From Chloroflexota bacterium (lineage in GTDB: Bacteria; Chloroflexota; Dehalococcoidia; Lucifugimonadales; UBA3495), in NCBI GenBank assembly GCA_028875055.1, contig JAPPGG010000069.1, forward strand, positions 1,140 to 65,139: a stretch of 64,000 bases of DNA. Reading direction: 5' to 3'. Both the position numbers and the translations under genes were made by a program. The notes under the pieces are model-generated. The model saw only the letters and a program-made list of their open reading frames with translations. It ran no database searches and was not told the origin of the DNA. How positions within the stretch are numbered: position 1 is the first letter of the stretch; each line of letters starts with the position of its first letter. This document shows positions 39,262-52,139 of the stretch, in pieces.

Positions 39262-39690
39262 TTAAGGCTCAATCCTGATGGCGTCGCCTACCTTTACTGG
39301 CCCGCCACTGATCACCATGGCCAGGATGCCCCGGCGGTGATTGAGTTCTTCCCTCAGGCCCATCCGGATGGCGTCCATCTTTCCGCAGGGTTCACATTCC
39401 CCTACTATTTCCATGGTAACCTCGTCGCCTATGAAGAAAACGTGGCCGGGCTGAGCCTGAGACAGGTCCAGGCCCACGGTGGTGATGTTCTCCTTGATCT
39501 GGCCCGGCACCAGCTCGAAGTGTTCCAGGGTCTCCTTGTCCATCACCAGTACCTGGCGGGCATTGCGCACGTTACAACTGCGGTCTCCCTCCAGCCCGTG
39601 CGCGGAGATGGCCGTCGCCTCCTGCACCGGGTCCGAAGGGGTACCCTTTACCCTGGCAATGTGCAGGTCTGTGATAGTACCTTGATTCAT
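39262..39690 (-). CDS. MOSC domain protein
   Basis: GLEGD, RQV, ENIT, CEPC, RGILA.V..GG.V..GD. Confidence 0.88.
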   Translation of the reverse strand: MNQGTITDLHIARVKGTPSDPVQEATAISAHGLEGDRSCNVRNARQVLVMDKETLEHFELVPGQIKENITTVGLDLSQAQPGHVFFIGDEVTMEIVGECEPCGKMDAIRMGLREELNHRRGILAMVISGGPVKVGDAIRIEP

Positions 39691-39868
39691 GGCTTTGCCT
39701 CCAGGTTCCCGGAATGGCCGGAATGAACCATTTGCGGGCGAATTCATTTGGTGTGCAAAATTATAGGGTGGCGTGGCCCAAAACACCAACCCCTGTGCTA
39801 TCGTAATCGGCGGTCAATCTAACCCATTTCCCGCCGGGCAGCCGCTGGCCGGAAAGGATGGAGTAGCA

Positions 39869-40714
39869 ATGTCGGACGAGTTTGTTAAGACGGAATCCAG
39901 GGCAGGCGTTCTTATCATTACCCTGCACGATCCTCCCACCCGGAATGCCATAAACCCCGAAATGGCCCGGGAATTCTTCGAGGCGCTGGAACGGTTTGAA
40001 GATGATCCGGAATTGAGGGTGCTCTTGCTCACAGGCATGGAACCCTCTTTCTGTTCCGGGGCCAATGTTCGGGGCTTCAGCCGCAGCATTGAAGCCCGGG
40101 AAGAACGAAGCGATACCGGGAGCGGTCGCCCCTGGGGTAACATGGAAGCCAGGTACGCGAAGAAATTCGCCCCCGAGTCCTCGCGGGCGCCGGAAATGGT
40201 GCTTCGGCTCCAGGAGTTGCAGAAACCTACCGTCGCCGCGGTGAATGGACACGCCATAGGGGCCGGCATGGGCCTCGCCCTGGCCTGCGACATTCGACTG
40301 GCGGCCGAAAAGGCCACCTTTTCCGAAGCCTTTGCCAGAATGGGACTCATTCCGGCCGACGGCAGTTGCTGGAATCTCCCCCGGCTAATCGGAGTCAGCA
40401 ATACGCTGCTCCTGCAATATACCGGCGATCGGGTGGATGCCCAGGAAGCTCTGCGCCTGGGCCTGGTGAGCAAAATTGTGCCGGATGAGCAATTGATGGA
40501 GACGTCTCTGGAGCTGTCCGGGCGCATTGCCCAGGGAGCCACCCGCTCCCAGTCCCTCATCAAATACCTGGTGCGCCAGGGCTCGGATCAGTCCTTCCGG
40601 GAACATCTTGACCTGGCGCATGTGGCCCAGGACCAGGCAAGGACTACTGAAGACCACCGGGAGGCGGTCCAGGCCTTCCTGGAGAAGAGGCCGCCGGTAT
40701 TCAAGGGAAGGTAG
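39869..40714 (+). CDS. Enoyl-CoA hydratase/isomerase
   Basis: SFCSGAN, KPTVAAVNGHAIGAG, ACDIR, GLIPADG, FLEKRPP.FKGR. Confidence 0.92.
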   Translation: MSDEFVKTESRAGVLIITLHDPPTRNAINPEMAREFFEALERFEDDPELRVLLLTGMEPSFCSGANVRGFSRSIEAREERSDTGSGRPWGNMEARYAKKFAPESSRAPEMVLRLQELQKPTVAAVNGHAIGAGMGLALACDIRLAAEKATFSEAFARMGLIPADGSCWNLPRLIGVSNTLLLQYTGDRVDAQEALRLGLVSKIVPDEQLMETSLELSGRIAQGATRSQSLIKYLVRQGSDQSFREHLDLAHVAQDQARTTEDHREAVQAFLEKRPPVFKGR

Positions 40715-40725
40715 GGTGACGACTC

Positions 40726-41061
40726 TTGATACTCAGGTGGCGGGAATTCGGCGGTCGGCCCGGCAGCCGGCTCTTTGAGCGCCTACATGGCAGCATCGAT
40801 CGGTACCGGGACCGGAGTGAAAGCGTCAATATAGGGCTGACGACCGACCCCACCCTGTTGTGGAGCGCGGAACGATACACCGGGTGGAACGAAATGGTGG
40901 TCATCTACAGTACTTCTACCCGTGACTTCGCCGCCGCCGTTGAGGAGGAACTGCTTGCCCGGGGCTGGGGACCATTCTTCACCAGCTGGGACTACGAGTT
41001 CATTGGAGAGCGGCTGCCGGGAAGTTATACCAGGTACTATGTCTATGTGAAGCTGATGTGA
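40726..41061 (+). CDS. Hypothetical protein
   Basis: Fills the gap directly after the hydratase; protein-like composition; start uncertain (40717 or 40726). Confidence 0.55.
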   Translation: MILRWREFGGRPGSRLFERLHGSIDRYRDRSESVNIGLTTDPTLLWSAERYTGWNEMVVIYSTSTRDFAAAVEEELLARGWGPFFTSWDYEFIGERLPGSYTRYYVYVKLM

Positions 41062-41115
41062 GGCAGGGTAATTGGGCGCCAGGGGACCAATTCCTGGAAT
41101 AGACTGATTCACCCC

Positions 41116-41144
41116 TTGACGTGCCGGAAAACCCTCTCTATAAT
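41116..41144 (+). promoter_or_regulatory. Sigma70 promoter of the 23S rRNA transcript
   Basis: TTGACG-17 bp-TATAAT; boxA-like TGCACCTTAAAA near 41263. Confidence 0.85.
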
Positions 41145-41341
41145 CCCTTCTTACAGAAAAGCAGGCGGAGTTCAGCAGCAAGGTATGAAAATTACCTGAA
41201 AGCAGAAGGCAATTTGGGAGAACCCGAACGGCGGTTTGGGGTAACCCAACCGCCCTTTTCTATGCACCTTAAAAGCTGAATAAGGAACCTTGAGAAATTG
41301 TCCTGAAAACTCAAACTGAAAAGTTTGGAGTTCTTAGCGTG

Positions 41342-44383
<3,042 letters not shown>

Positions 44384-44473
44384 ACGTTATGGACTCCAGA
44401 CACAGTGATAAGCTTTCAGGGCAATTACTCAGGGTTTCTTGTTCCGGTGTATTTACAAAATTTTCCTCTACGT

Positions 44474-44548
<75 letters not shown>

Positions 44549-44570
44549 GTAGATCAATAGACTGCAAGCC

Positions 44571-44598
44571 CAACCCCCGGTGAAAGCCGGGGGTTTTT
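44571..44598 (+). terminator. Terminator of the 23S-tRNAfMet transcript
   Basis: AACCCCCGG-tgaaag-CCGGGGGTTTTT. Confidence 0.88.
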
Positions 44599-44773
44599 GC
44601 CATAATGGGCAAAAGTTGGGCGGCGATCAATTGGATGCGGTTCGGAAAGAAGATGATGGCCCGATCCTTCACGTACATCGGGACCGCGTTTGTCATAAGA
44701 CTACGCACCTATATGGTACAATTCCTCCACCAGCCTTAAGTTTCATAAAATCCACCAGTCGAGAGGGTTATCT

Positions 44774-47056
44774 ATGTCCAATATTGTGCTGTCGAACACT
44801 GAATACAGCGTGGTTGGAACCCGCCCCGTGCGCCATGACGGTACCGACAAGGTCACTGGCCGCGCCAAGTACGGCGGCGATTTCCAGATGGCCGGTTTGC
44901 TCCACGGCAAGGTCCTCCGCAGCCCCCACGCCCATGCTCGTATCAAGTCCATCGATACCAGCAAGGCCGAGGCCTACCCCGGAGTCAAAGCCGTCATTAC
45001 CGGCAAGGACTTGCCCGTAGCCAGCATGGAAAACCCGGGCCGGGGCGTACGTTTTTCCAGCGAAAATATCCTGGCCCAGGACAAGGCCCTTTATCGAGGG
45101 CATGCGGTGGCGGCAGTTGCCGCTGCCAACTCTCATGTGGCCGAGATAGCCGTGGGACTGATTGAGGTGGAGTACGAAGTCCTTCCGCCGGTAATTAACG
45201 TTACCCAGGCTATGGAAGACAGCGCGCCACTGGTGATTGAAGACCTGACCACGACGGAGCTTGGCGAAAGGACCGATAAGCTCAGCAATGTTGCGTCGCA
45301 CTTCCGGTACGAGATGGGCGACCTGGATAAGGGATTTGCGGAAGCCGATGTCGTCGTCGAAAGGGCCTTCCGGACCAGCACCGTCCACCAGGGCTACATC
45401 GAGCCCCAGAACGCTGCCGCTCTGTGGAATGCAGATGGCAAACTGACCGTTTGGACCAGCACCCAGGGCGCCTTCGCCGTACGCGACTCCATGGCCCAGA
45501 TTCTTGATATGCCGGTCTCCGACATAAAGGTAGTCCCCATGGAAATCGGGGGCGGATTCGGCGGCAAGATCCCGGTTTACCTGGAGCCCATGGCCGCTAT
45601 CCTCTCCAGGAAGACCGTTCAGCCCGTAAAAATGCTCATGTCCCGCACCGACGTTTTCGAAAGCACGGGTCCCACCTCAGGCTCCACGGTCTGGGTCAAG
45701 GTCGGCGCCACCCGTGACGGCAAGATAACTGCCGCCGATGCCTCGCTGGCTCTGGAGGCTGGCGCTTTTCCCGGTTCGCCGGTAACCATGGGCGCTCAGT
45801 GTATGTTTGCGCCTTACGACATCGAAAATGTCCGCGCGGAAGGCTACGACGTAGTCGTCAACAAGCCGAAAGTTGCCCCCTACCGGGCGCCCGGCGCTCC
45901 AATCGGCGCCTTCGGCGGCGAACAGGTAATGGATGAAATAGCACGGGAAATCGGGATGGACCCCATCGAGTTCCGCCTGCGCAACGCTTCCAAGGAAGGC
46001 ACCCGCCGGGTGGACGGTCCGGAGTTCCCGGTGATTGGCAATATTGAGGTCGTGGAGGCTGCCAAGGCCACCGAGCACTACAACACCCCGCTCACTGGCC
46101 CCAACCAGGGTCGGGGCATCGCCTCTGGCTTCTGGTTCAACATTGGCATGCAGTCCAGTTGCAGCATCGGGGTGGCCGCTGACGGCACCATCAGCCTGGT
46201 GGAAGGCTCCACCGATATCGGCGGCACCAGGGCATCCATCGCCATGCAGGCGGCGGAAGTTCTGGGCATACCTGCGGAGGATGTGCGCCCCAGCGTGGCC
46301 GATACCGACTCCGTTGGCTTCACCTTCCTGACCGGCGGCAGCCGCACCACCTTCGCCAGCGGTTGGGCTGCCTACGAATGCGCCCAGGACATCAAGAACC
46401 AGATGATCGACCGGGCCGCGACCATCTGGGAAGTTTCCGCCGAAGACGTGGAACTGGTGGGCGGCGTATTCCAGCACAAGTCCGACTCCGATCTGAAGAT
46501 GAGCTTCAAGGAGCTGGCCTCTCAACTGAACGGCTCCGGCGGGCCCATTTCCAGCCAGGTTAGCGTTGATCCCCGCGGGGCCGGCGGCGCCTTTTCCACT
46601 CATATTGTGGACGTAGAGGTTGACCCGGAAACCGGCAAAGTGGATATTCTGCGGTACACCACCGTCCAGGATGCCGGAAAGGCTATCCACCCCAGCTATG
46701 TGGAAGGCCAGATGCAGGGTGGCGTTGTCCAGGGCATCGGCTGGGCCCTCAACGAAGAATATTACTTCAGCGAAGACGGGCAGATGGTCAATTCCAGCTT
46801 CCTGGACTATCGGATGCCAGTGAGCCTCGATTTGCCGATGATTGACACGGTAATCGTGGAAGTAGCCAACCCCGGCCATCCCTACGGTGTACGGGGCGTA
46901 GGCGAGGTGCCCATCGTGCCTCCCATGGCTGCCATTGCCAATGCCATCCACGATGCAATTGGCGTTCGGATGGAAAGGCTTCCCATGTCCCCCGGCGCCA
47001 TCCTGGAGGCTCTCTGGGACAAGAACGGAGAGGGAGTGCAGCAGGCCGCGGACTAG
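44774..47056 (+). CDS. Xanthine dehydrogenase family molybdopterin-binding (large) subunit
   Basis: KVTGRAKY, RSPHAHA, GGGFGGK, YRAPG, GGSR, VEGQMQGGVVQG, GVGE. Confidence 0.93.
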   Translation: MSNIVLSNTEYSVVGTRPVRHDGTDKVTGRAKYGGDFQMAGLLHGKVLRSPHAHARIKSIDTSKAEAYPGVKAVITGKDLPVASMENPGRGVRFSSENILAQDKALYRGHAVAAVAAANSHVAEIAVGLIEVEYEVLPPVINVTQAMEDSAPLVIEDLTTTELGERTDKLSNVASHFRYEMGDLDKGFAEADVVVERAFRTSTVHQGYIEPQNAAALWNADGKLTVWTSTQGAFAVRDSMAQILDMPVSDIKVVPMEIGGGFGGKIPVYLEPMAAILSRKTVQPVKMLMSRTDVFESTGPTSGSTVWVKVGATRDGKITAADASLALEAGAFPGSPVTMGAQCMFAPYDIENVRAEGYDVVVNKPKVAPYRAPGAPIGAFGGEQVMDEIAREIGMDPIEFRLRNASKEGTRRVDGPEFPVIGNIEVVEAAKATEHYNTPLTGPNQGRGIASGFWFNIGMQSSCSIGVAADGTISLVEGSTDIGGTRASIAMQAAEVLGIPAEDVRPSVADTDSVGFTFLTGGSRTTFASGWAAYECAQDIKNQMIDRAATIWEVSAEDVELVGGVFQHKSDSDLKMSFKELASQLNGSGGPISSQVSVDPRGAGGAFSTHIVDVEVDPETGKVDILRYTTVQDAGKAIHPSYVEGQMQGGVVQGIGWALNEEYYFSEDGQMVNSSFLDYRMPVSLDLPMIDTVIVEVANPGHPYGVRGVGEVPIVPPMAAIANAIHDAIGVRMERLPMSPGAILEALWDKNGEGVQQAAD

Positions 47057-47089
47057 AGCAGCGCAACCAATTTGCCCAGGCTTCAAGTT

Positions 47090-47122
47090 AACGGCATCCC
47101 CGGCAGCACCGGGGATGCCGTT
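47090..47122 (+). terminator. Hairpin/terminator
   Basis: AACGGCATCCCCGG-cagca-CCGGGGATGCCGTT. Confidence 0.75.
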
Positions 47123-47197
47123 TGACATAATGACCCGACTCCAGAGATGCCGAGGTTTTACTTTCTTCGGTCTTGGAAATTATAGGAGGAATTCAAT

Positions 47198-47746
47198 ATG
47201 GCTCGTGTACCATTTGCCACTCGAGAAAATATGGACGCCGCAGGGCAGGCGATCTGGGATGACATTCAAACCAGCCGGGGCGGAGTGCAACGAAATTACG
47301 CCGCTATCTTGAACAACCCTCAGGCCGCGGGAGCCTTCGCCGGCTTGGGCGGATACGTACGGTTCGAGACGCCCCTGGACCCCAGGGTAAAGGCTGTGGC
47401 CATTCTGACGGCCGCCAGGGAGGCCGGCGGCCACTATGTGTGGACGGTCAACCAGCGGGGCGCCAAGGAAGCCAACTTGAGCGACGAGCTGATAGCCGCC
47501 ATTCGGGAATTTCGAGCCCCATCGGGACTTGATACCAACGACGCCACCGTCGTCCAATTCGTGCTTGAACTCTTGCGTCAGCACCGAATCTCGGACACCA
47601 CTTTCGAGGCGATGCGTTCCCTGGTGGGCGACGCAGGCATAGTCGATACGCTGGTGGTCGTAGCGTACTATCACGGCCTGGCCCACAGCCTGCAGGCCCT
47701 GGAGGTGGAACTTCCCGAGGGAGTTGAAACAGACCTGACCTATTAG
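47198..47746 (+). CDS. Carboxymuconolactone decarboxylase/AhpD-like protein
   Basis: MARVP...; LGGYVRF...LDPR..AILTAAR....YVW; ISDTTF, VAYY. Confidence 0.75.
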   Translation: MARVPFATRENMDAAGQAIWDDIQTSRGGVQRNYAAILNNPQAAGAFAGLGGYVRFETPLDPRVKAVAILTAAREAGGHYVWTVNQRGAKEANLSDELIAAIREFRAPSGLDTNDATVVQFVLELLRQHRISDTTFEAMRSLVGDAGIVDTLVVVAYYHGLAHSLQALEVELPEGVETDLTY

Positions 47747-47969
47747 CCGGTCAGGGATCAAAGAAAAGTTAAAATGTCCGTGCCTTGTTTGGCGCGGACA
47801 TTTGCTTTGGACTGACCGGTATTGCCCTCGCTTGCAAAAGAGGAGCGACCGGGAACCGCTGGAGGAGCGGCTCACTGTCGGTCGCTGGACTCCGATTCTA
47901 TCCCCGCTACCGCTGCCAGTCAAGGGCCGCTATACTTGGCCGGGAATTTTCAGCAAGGAGGCCGCAGAA

Positions 47970-48278
47970 ATGGCCGACTACATTTACCTGGTGCAGATGG
48001 ACATTCCCCAGGAGCTGGAGGATGATTTCAATCGCATTTACGACACCCAGCACATACCAAATATTGTGAAGGCGCCCGGGGTACACAGCTGCACCCGGTA
48101 CCGATTGGAATCCACCGATGTCGAAGGGGTGGCCAGGTACGCTGCCGTTTACGAAATTGACAGTCCCGAGGTGCCCTTTACCGATGCCTGGGTTGCCGCC
48201 TCAGACACCGGTGACTGGGCTCCAATGATTCGCCCGCACACTTCCAATCGTTCTCACATCGTTTACCGGAAGGTTTAG
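47970..48278 (+). CDS. Small dimeric alpha/beta-barrel protein (DUF4286/EthD-like)
   Basis: YLVQMDI...EDDFN.IYD..HIP..VKAPG...RY...YEI; RBS AAGGAGG. Confidence 0.7.
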   Translation: MADYIYLVQMDIPQELEDDFNRIYDTQHIPNIVKAPGVHSCTRYRLESTDVEGVARYAAVYEIDSPEVPFTDAWVAASDTGDWAPMIRPHTSNRSHIVYRKV

Positions 48279-48354
48279 GCTCTGGTGAAGACCATTGGGC
48301 TCCTGCCCACGCTCAGGGCAGGGCCCAATACTGTTGGCCGCAGGTTGCAGGTAA

Positions 48355-48741
48355 TTAGCTGGATATGCAAGCTGTGGTGGTTATTTCCACCAGATTGTCC
48401 GGCTGGCCAAACTGGACAATGATCGTGGTCCGGGCCGGGTAGTCTGAGGGGAAGAACTCGGCGTAGGTCTCGTTGAAGCCCGGCAAGTCTTCCCTGCTGG
48501 TCACGTAGCAGGTATTGGTCAGGACATTGTCCATTGAGGAACCGGCGGCTTCCAGGATCATCTTGATCCGCTCCAGGGCGAAGCGGGTTTGCTGCCGGAT
48601 ATCGGAGCCGTTTTCCCCCGTAGTCGGGTGGCGCCCCGTGCACCCCTGCACAAACACCAGGTCACCGAATCGGGTCGCCTGGGACAGTGGGTTGCTGCCC
48701 TGGGCAATATCGGGATGGGAAATAATCTCTTTCTGTGGCAT
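48355..48741 (-). CDS. RidA/YjgF family
   Basis: SQA...LVFVQG, QT, FNETYAEFF...PART, VEI. Confidence 0.9.
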   Translation of the reverse strand: MPQKEIISHPDIAQGSNPLSQATRFGDLVFVQGCTGRHPTTGENGSDIRQQTRFALERIKMILEAAGSSMDNVLTNTCYVTSREDLPGFNETYAEFFPSDYPARTTIIVQFGQPDNLVEITTTACISS

Positions 48742-49017
48742 GTGTCAGTTCCTGCATTGTTATTTGGCTCGCGCCATGCGGGGATACTAATTAAGGCGAT
48801 GCCTACTGTCAATCGAAAGCGTCGATATGTGCCCCGCGCCTGCGAGTTCCGGCGAGTTTGACCGATCCGGCCCGATTGAGCTTTCGCACCTGGGCCGTGA
48901 CGCCAATTTGACACTGCCTTGACCTCGTAGTAATCTGCCCTCAATTCCCGCCGCGCCCGATGCACTTAAGCGCCGGGCAAGTGAAGGGAAATGAAACGCA
49001 AAAACGGAGGTAACGAT

Positions 49018-49806
49018 ATGCCATACGAAGGGTTGATTGCAGAAACCGTCAATATCAATGGTCACAATGGCGACCAGATTGATGCTTACCTGGCCCGTCC
49101 CCTGGGCGCGGGTCCCTATCCCGGGGTCGTATTGATTCACCACATGCCCGGTTGGGACGAGGCATCCAAGGAGATGGCCCGTAAACTGGCGTACAACGGC
49201 TATGTATGCATTTCCCCCAACCTGCACTTCAGGGAAGGCCAGGGAGACCCCGTAGCCAACAGCGCCAGCGTCCGTGAAGCTGGTGGTATGCCGGATGACA
49301 GGACTCTGGGCGACGTGTCCGCTGCTCGCGACTATCTGCGCTCTTTGCCCTATCACAACGACAAAGTTGGCGTGATTGGGTTCTGCTCCGGCGGTCGCCA
49401 GACTTACCTGGTGGCCTGCCGCCTGGATGGCATTGACGCCGCGGTAAACTGCTGGGGCGGCGGCGTAACCACGGTACCCGAAGGCGAGCTGGAGCGCTCC
49501 CGACAGCCAGTAGCGCCGGTGGACTACACTTCCGGTCTGAATTGTCCATTGCTGGGGTTGTTTGGCAACGAGGATGCCCGCCCCTCTCCCCAGGACGTGA
49601 ATGACCTGGAAGAGGCCTTGAAACAGCACGGCAAGGACTACGAATTCTTCCGCTACGACGATGCCGGCCATGGTTTCTTTGCCGTTGACCGTCCCAGCTA
49701 CAGGCAGGGAGCGGCGGTGGACGGCTGGAAGCAGGTACTGCGGTTCTATGGCACCCACCTGGCCGCCGGGTCCCGTGAAATGGCCGGAGTAGCCGACGAC
49801 GACTAG
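49018..49806 (+). CDS. Dienelactone hydrolase family
   Basis: GFCSGG nucleophile motif, GNED, AGHGF. Confidence 0.92.
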   Translation: MPYEGLIAETVNINGHNGDQIDAYLARPLGAGPYPGVVLIHHMPGWDEASKEMARKLAYNGYVCISPNLHFREGQGDPVANSASVREAGGMPDDRTLGDVSAARDYLRSLPYHNDKVGVIGFCSGGRQTYLVACRLDGIDAAVNCWGGGVTTVPEGELERSRQPVAPVDYTSGLNCPLLGLFGNEDARPSPQDVNDLEEALKQHGKDYEFFRYDDAGHGFFAVDRPSYRQGAAVDGWKQVLRFYGTHLAAGSREMAGVADDD

Positions 49807-49994
49807 GTCTTTGCCTGCCAGAGTCTCCCCTAAAGGGGCACCTGGCGTAACTGGCCGAATCAAGAGCGTCATGGGACTACAGCCAGTCCCATGGTGCTCC
49901 TTGTATTGGGTGCAACTGTTTTGCCCCATGACCAGGGATGGACGGCGGTATTTGAATGCCCTCGGGTCTTAATCACTGGTTTTCAATAAAATAG

Positions 49995-50024
49995 TTGACA
50001 TTCTATTTGCTGATGTGATATTTT
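49995..50024 (+). promoter_or_regulatory. Promoter of the T-box/ilvB leader
   Basis: TTGACA...TGnTATTTT with AT-rich upstream sequence. Confidence 0.65.
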
Positions 50025-50037
50025 GCACAAACTGAAA

Positions 50038-50312
50038 AAGCTATGATGGAGACGAGTAGGCAGGGCCCGGCGCTCAGCGAGCCTGGTATGGTGAGAGCAG
50101 GTACGCCAACCTTGTCGAAAATCCCTCCGGAGCTGCCAGCGGAACCGCGACTGTAGAGCTTTCAGTCGCTCAGTAAGCCAGGCCGAGGTTCGTCGCTCGT
50201 TATCCGTGACGGGGCATGTTGGTGCCTGCTAAGAGAGGTCCGGTTTGCCGGATAAATAGGGTGGTACCGCGGGAGCATTATATCCCGTCCCTATGGGGGA
50301 CGGGTTTTTTTA
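50038..50312 (+). promoter_or_regulatory. T-box riboswitch, probable Ile specifier (ATC), transcriptional type
   Basis: Stem I AGTA...AGCGA...GGTGAGA...GAA A ATC (50121-50123); CGTTA box; AATAGGGTGGTACCGCG T-box; terminator CCCGTCCC..GGGACGGG-T7. Confidence 0.93.
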
Positions 50313-50378
50313 TTGTCCTACGGTCGGCCTTCCCGATACCTTTCTCGGCGGCAGAACGCAAACGTTTTGGAGGCTGCT

Positions 50379-52076
50379 GTGAAACTTAAAGGATCGGAAA
50401 TAATCTGTGAAAGCCTGCTCCGCGAGGGTGTTGACGTAATTTTCGGCCACCCCGGCGGAGCAATTTTGCCCTTCTACGATGCTCTATGGGGCTATCCCCA
50501 GTTGAGGCACGTACTGGTCCGGCATGAACAGTCGGCTTCCCACGCCGCCGACGGGTATTCCCGGGTGACCGGTAAAGTCGGTGTCTGCGTAGCCACCTCG
50601 GGGCCGGGCGCCACCAATCTGGTTACCGGTTTGATGGGCGCCAAGGCCGATTCCGTCCCCATGGTTGCCATTACGGGCCAGGTCGCCAGGACGGCCCTGG
50701 GCTCTGAAGCTTTCCAGGAATGCGACATCTGCTCCATAGCGTCGGTATGCACCAAGCGGACCTACCTGGTAATGTCTGCCGCCGACCTGGCTCCCACCAT
50801 CAGGGAGGCATTCAAGGTAGCCCAGGAGGGACGTCCGGGTCCGGTGCTTATTGATGTTCCCCGCGACGTGCAATTGGAGCTGGCGGAGTTCGAGTACCCG
50901 GAGATTCCAGAATTTGCCAGGGAACCTCTTTCCGATGAAACCCAGGCCTCACTGGCGCGGGCGGCCCAGCTGATTAACGAGGCAGAACGTCCCGTGTTGA
51001 TCGCCGGCCACGGTGTGCTTGCTTCCCATGCGTGGGACGAACTGATGGAGCTGGCCGAAGCCACCGGAATTCCCGTCATCAACACCCTGCTGGGACTCAG
51101 CAGCTTCCCGCGAAATCATCCCCTGAGCCTGGGCATGCTGGGAATGCACGGCATGTACTGGTCCAACATCGTTGTGGACCAGGCCGATGTGGTCGTGGGC
51201 CTGGGAATGCGGTTTGACGACCGGGTGACCGGCCGCGCTTCCACCTTCGCGCCCCATGCCCGCATTATTCACCTGGATATCGAGCCCAGCCAGGTGGGTC
51301 GGAACGTGCCTGTGGAGGTCCCCCTGGTGGGGGACGCCAAGGTGGTAATGCGGTCCCTGATTCCCCTGGTAAAGCGAGTTGACCGCCCCCAGTGGATGAG
51401 CTATATCGAAGAATTGAAGAGAGACCATCCCTCTCTGGCTATTCCCAAGACCGACAGCCTGCTGGCACAGCACGTTCTGTCGGAAATGAATGAGTTGATC
51501 CAGGAAAACCCGGATACTGTCGTGGTGACCGGGGTCGGGCAGCACCAGATGTGGGCGGCCCAGTTCCTGTTCTTCAACGGCTTCAACACCTTTGTATCCT
51601 CCGGCGGTTTGGGAGCGATGGGTTTCGAACTTCCGGCAGCCATGGGCGCCCAGGTGGGCCAGCCAGGAGCGCCGGTATGGAGCATCGCCGGCGACGGTGG
51701 AATCCAGATGACATCCCAGGAACTGGCCACAGTCGCCCAGGAAAATCTGCCGGTGAAGATTGCGCTGATAAACAATGGTTACCTGGGAATGGTGCGCCAG
51801 TGGCAGGAGATGTTCTTCGAAAATCACTTGAAGGAAGTACCCATTCCTGGCCCCGAGTTTGTTAAGCTGTCTGAAGCCTACGGAATTCCGGCCGTTCGGG
51901 TGACACACCAGGAAGACGTGATGCCAGCCCTGCGCAAGGCCCAGGCCCATGAGGGCCCTTATTTGATAGAGTTTGTAGTGGACTATTCAGTCAATCTCTA
52001 TCCCATGGTGCCGCCGGGAGGGTCGCTGGGAGAGACGATGGAAGACCCTCTGACCTCCGGCGCCAGGATCGGCTAG
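50379..52076 (+). CDS. ilvB: Acetolactate synthase large subunit (biosynthetic)
   Basis: FGHPGGAILP, RHEQ, TSGPGATN, GMLGMHG, RFDDRVTG, GQHQMW, GDGG, GMVRQWQ; GTG start. Confidence 0.95.
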   Translation: MKLKGSEIICESLLREGVDVIFGHPGGAILPFYDALWGYPQLRHVLVRHEQSASHAADGYSRVTGKVGVCVATSGPGATNLVTGLMGAKADSVPMVAITGQVARTALGSEAFQECDICSIASVCTKRTYLVMSAADLAPTIREAFKVAQEGRPGPVLIDVPRDVQLELAEFEYPEIPEFAREPLSDETQASLARAAQLINEAERPVLIAGHGVLASHAWDELMELAEATGIPVINTLLGLSSFPRNHPLSLGMLGMHGMYWSNIVVDQADVVVGLGMRFDDRVTGRASTFAPHARIIHLDIEPSQVGRNVPVEVPLVGDAKVVMRSLIPLVKRVDRPQWMSYIEELKRDHPSLAIPKTDSLLAQHVLSEMNELIQENPDTVVVTGVGQHQMWAAQFLFFNGFNTFVSSGGLGAMGFELPAAMGAQVGQPGAPVWSIAGDGGIQMTSQELATVAQENLPVKIALINNGYLGMVRQWQEMFFENHLKEVPIPGPEFVKLSEAYGIPAVRVTHQEDVMPALRKAQAHEGPYLIEFVVDYSVNLYPMVPPGGSLGETMEDPLTSGARIG

Positions 52077-52139
52077 GCCGGGTCCCGAAGAACCCGAAAC
52101 CAGGGAATTTCAGACCCCGCAAATGGAGGGGAGTAAGTC

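Noticed and set aside
44384-44473. 5S rRNA after 23S
   Set aside because: Only 90 nt, occupied by the processing stem; no 5S motifs.
44774-47056. Aerobic CO dehydrogenase CoxL
   Set aside because: Active-site loop is YRAPG, not the form I or form II signature.
45677-47128. 483-aa antisense ORF (likewise 55192-56640)
   Set aside because: Shadows of strongly supported plus-strand genes.
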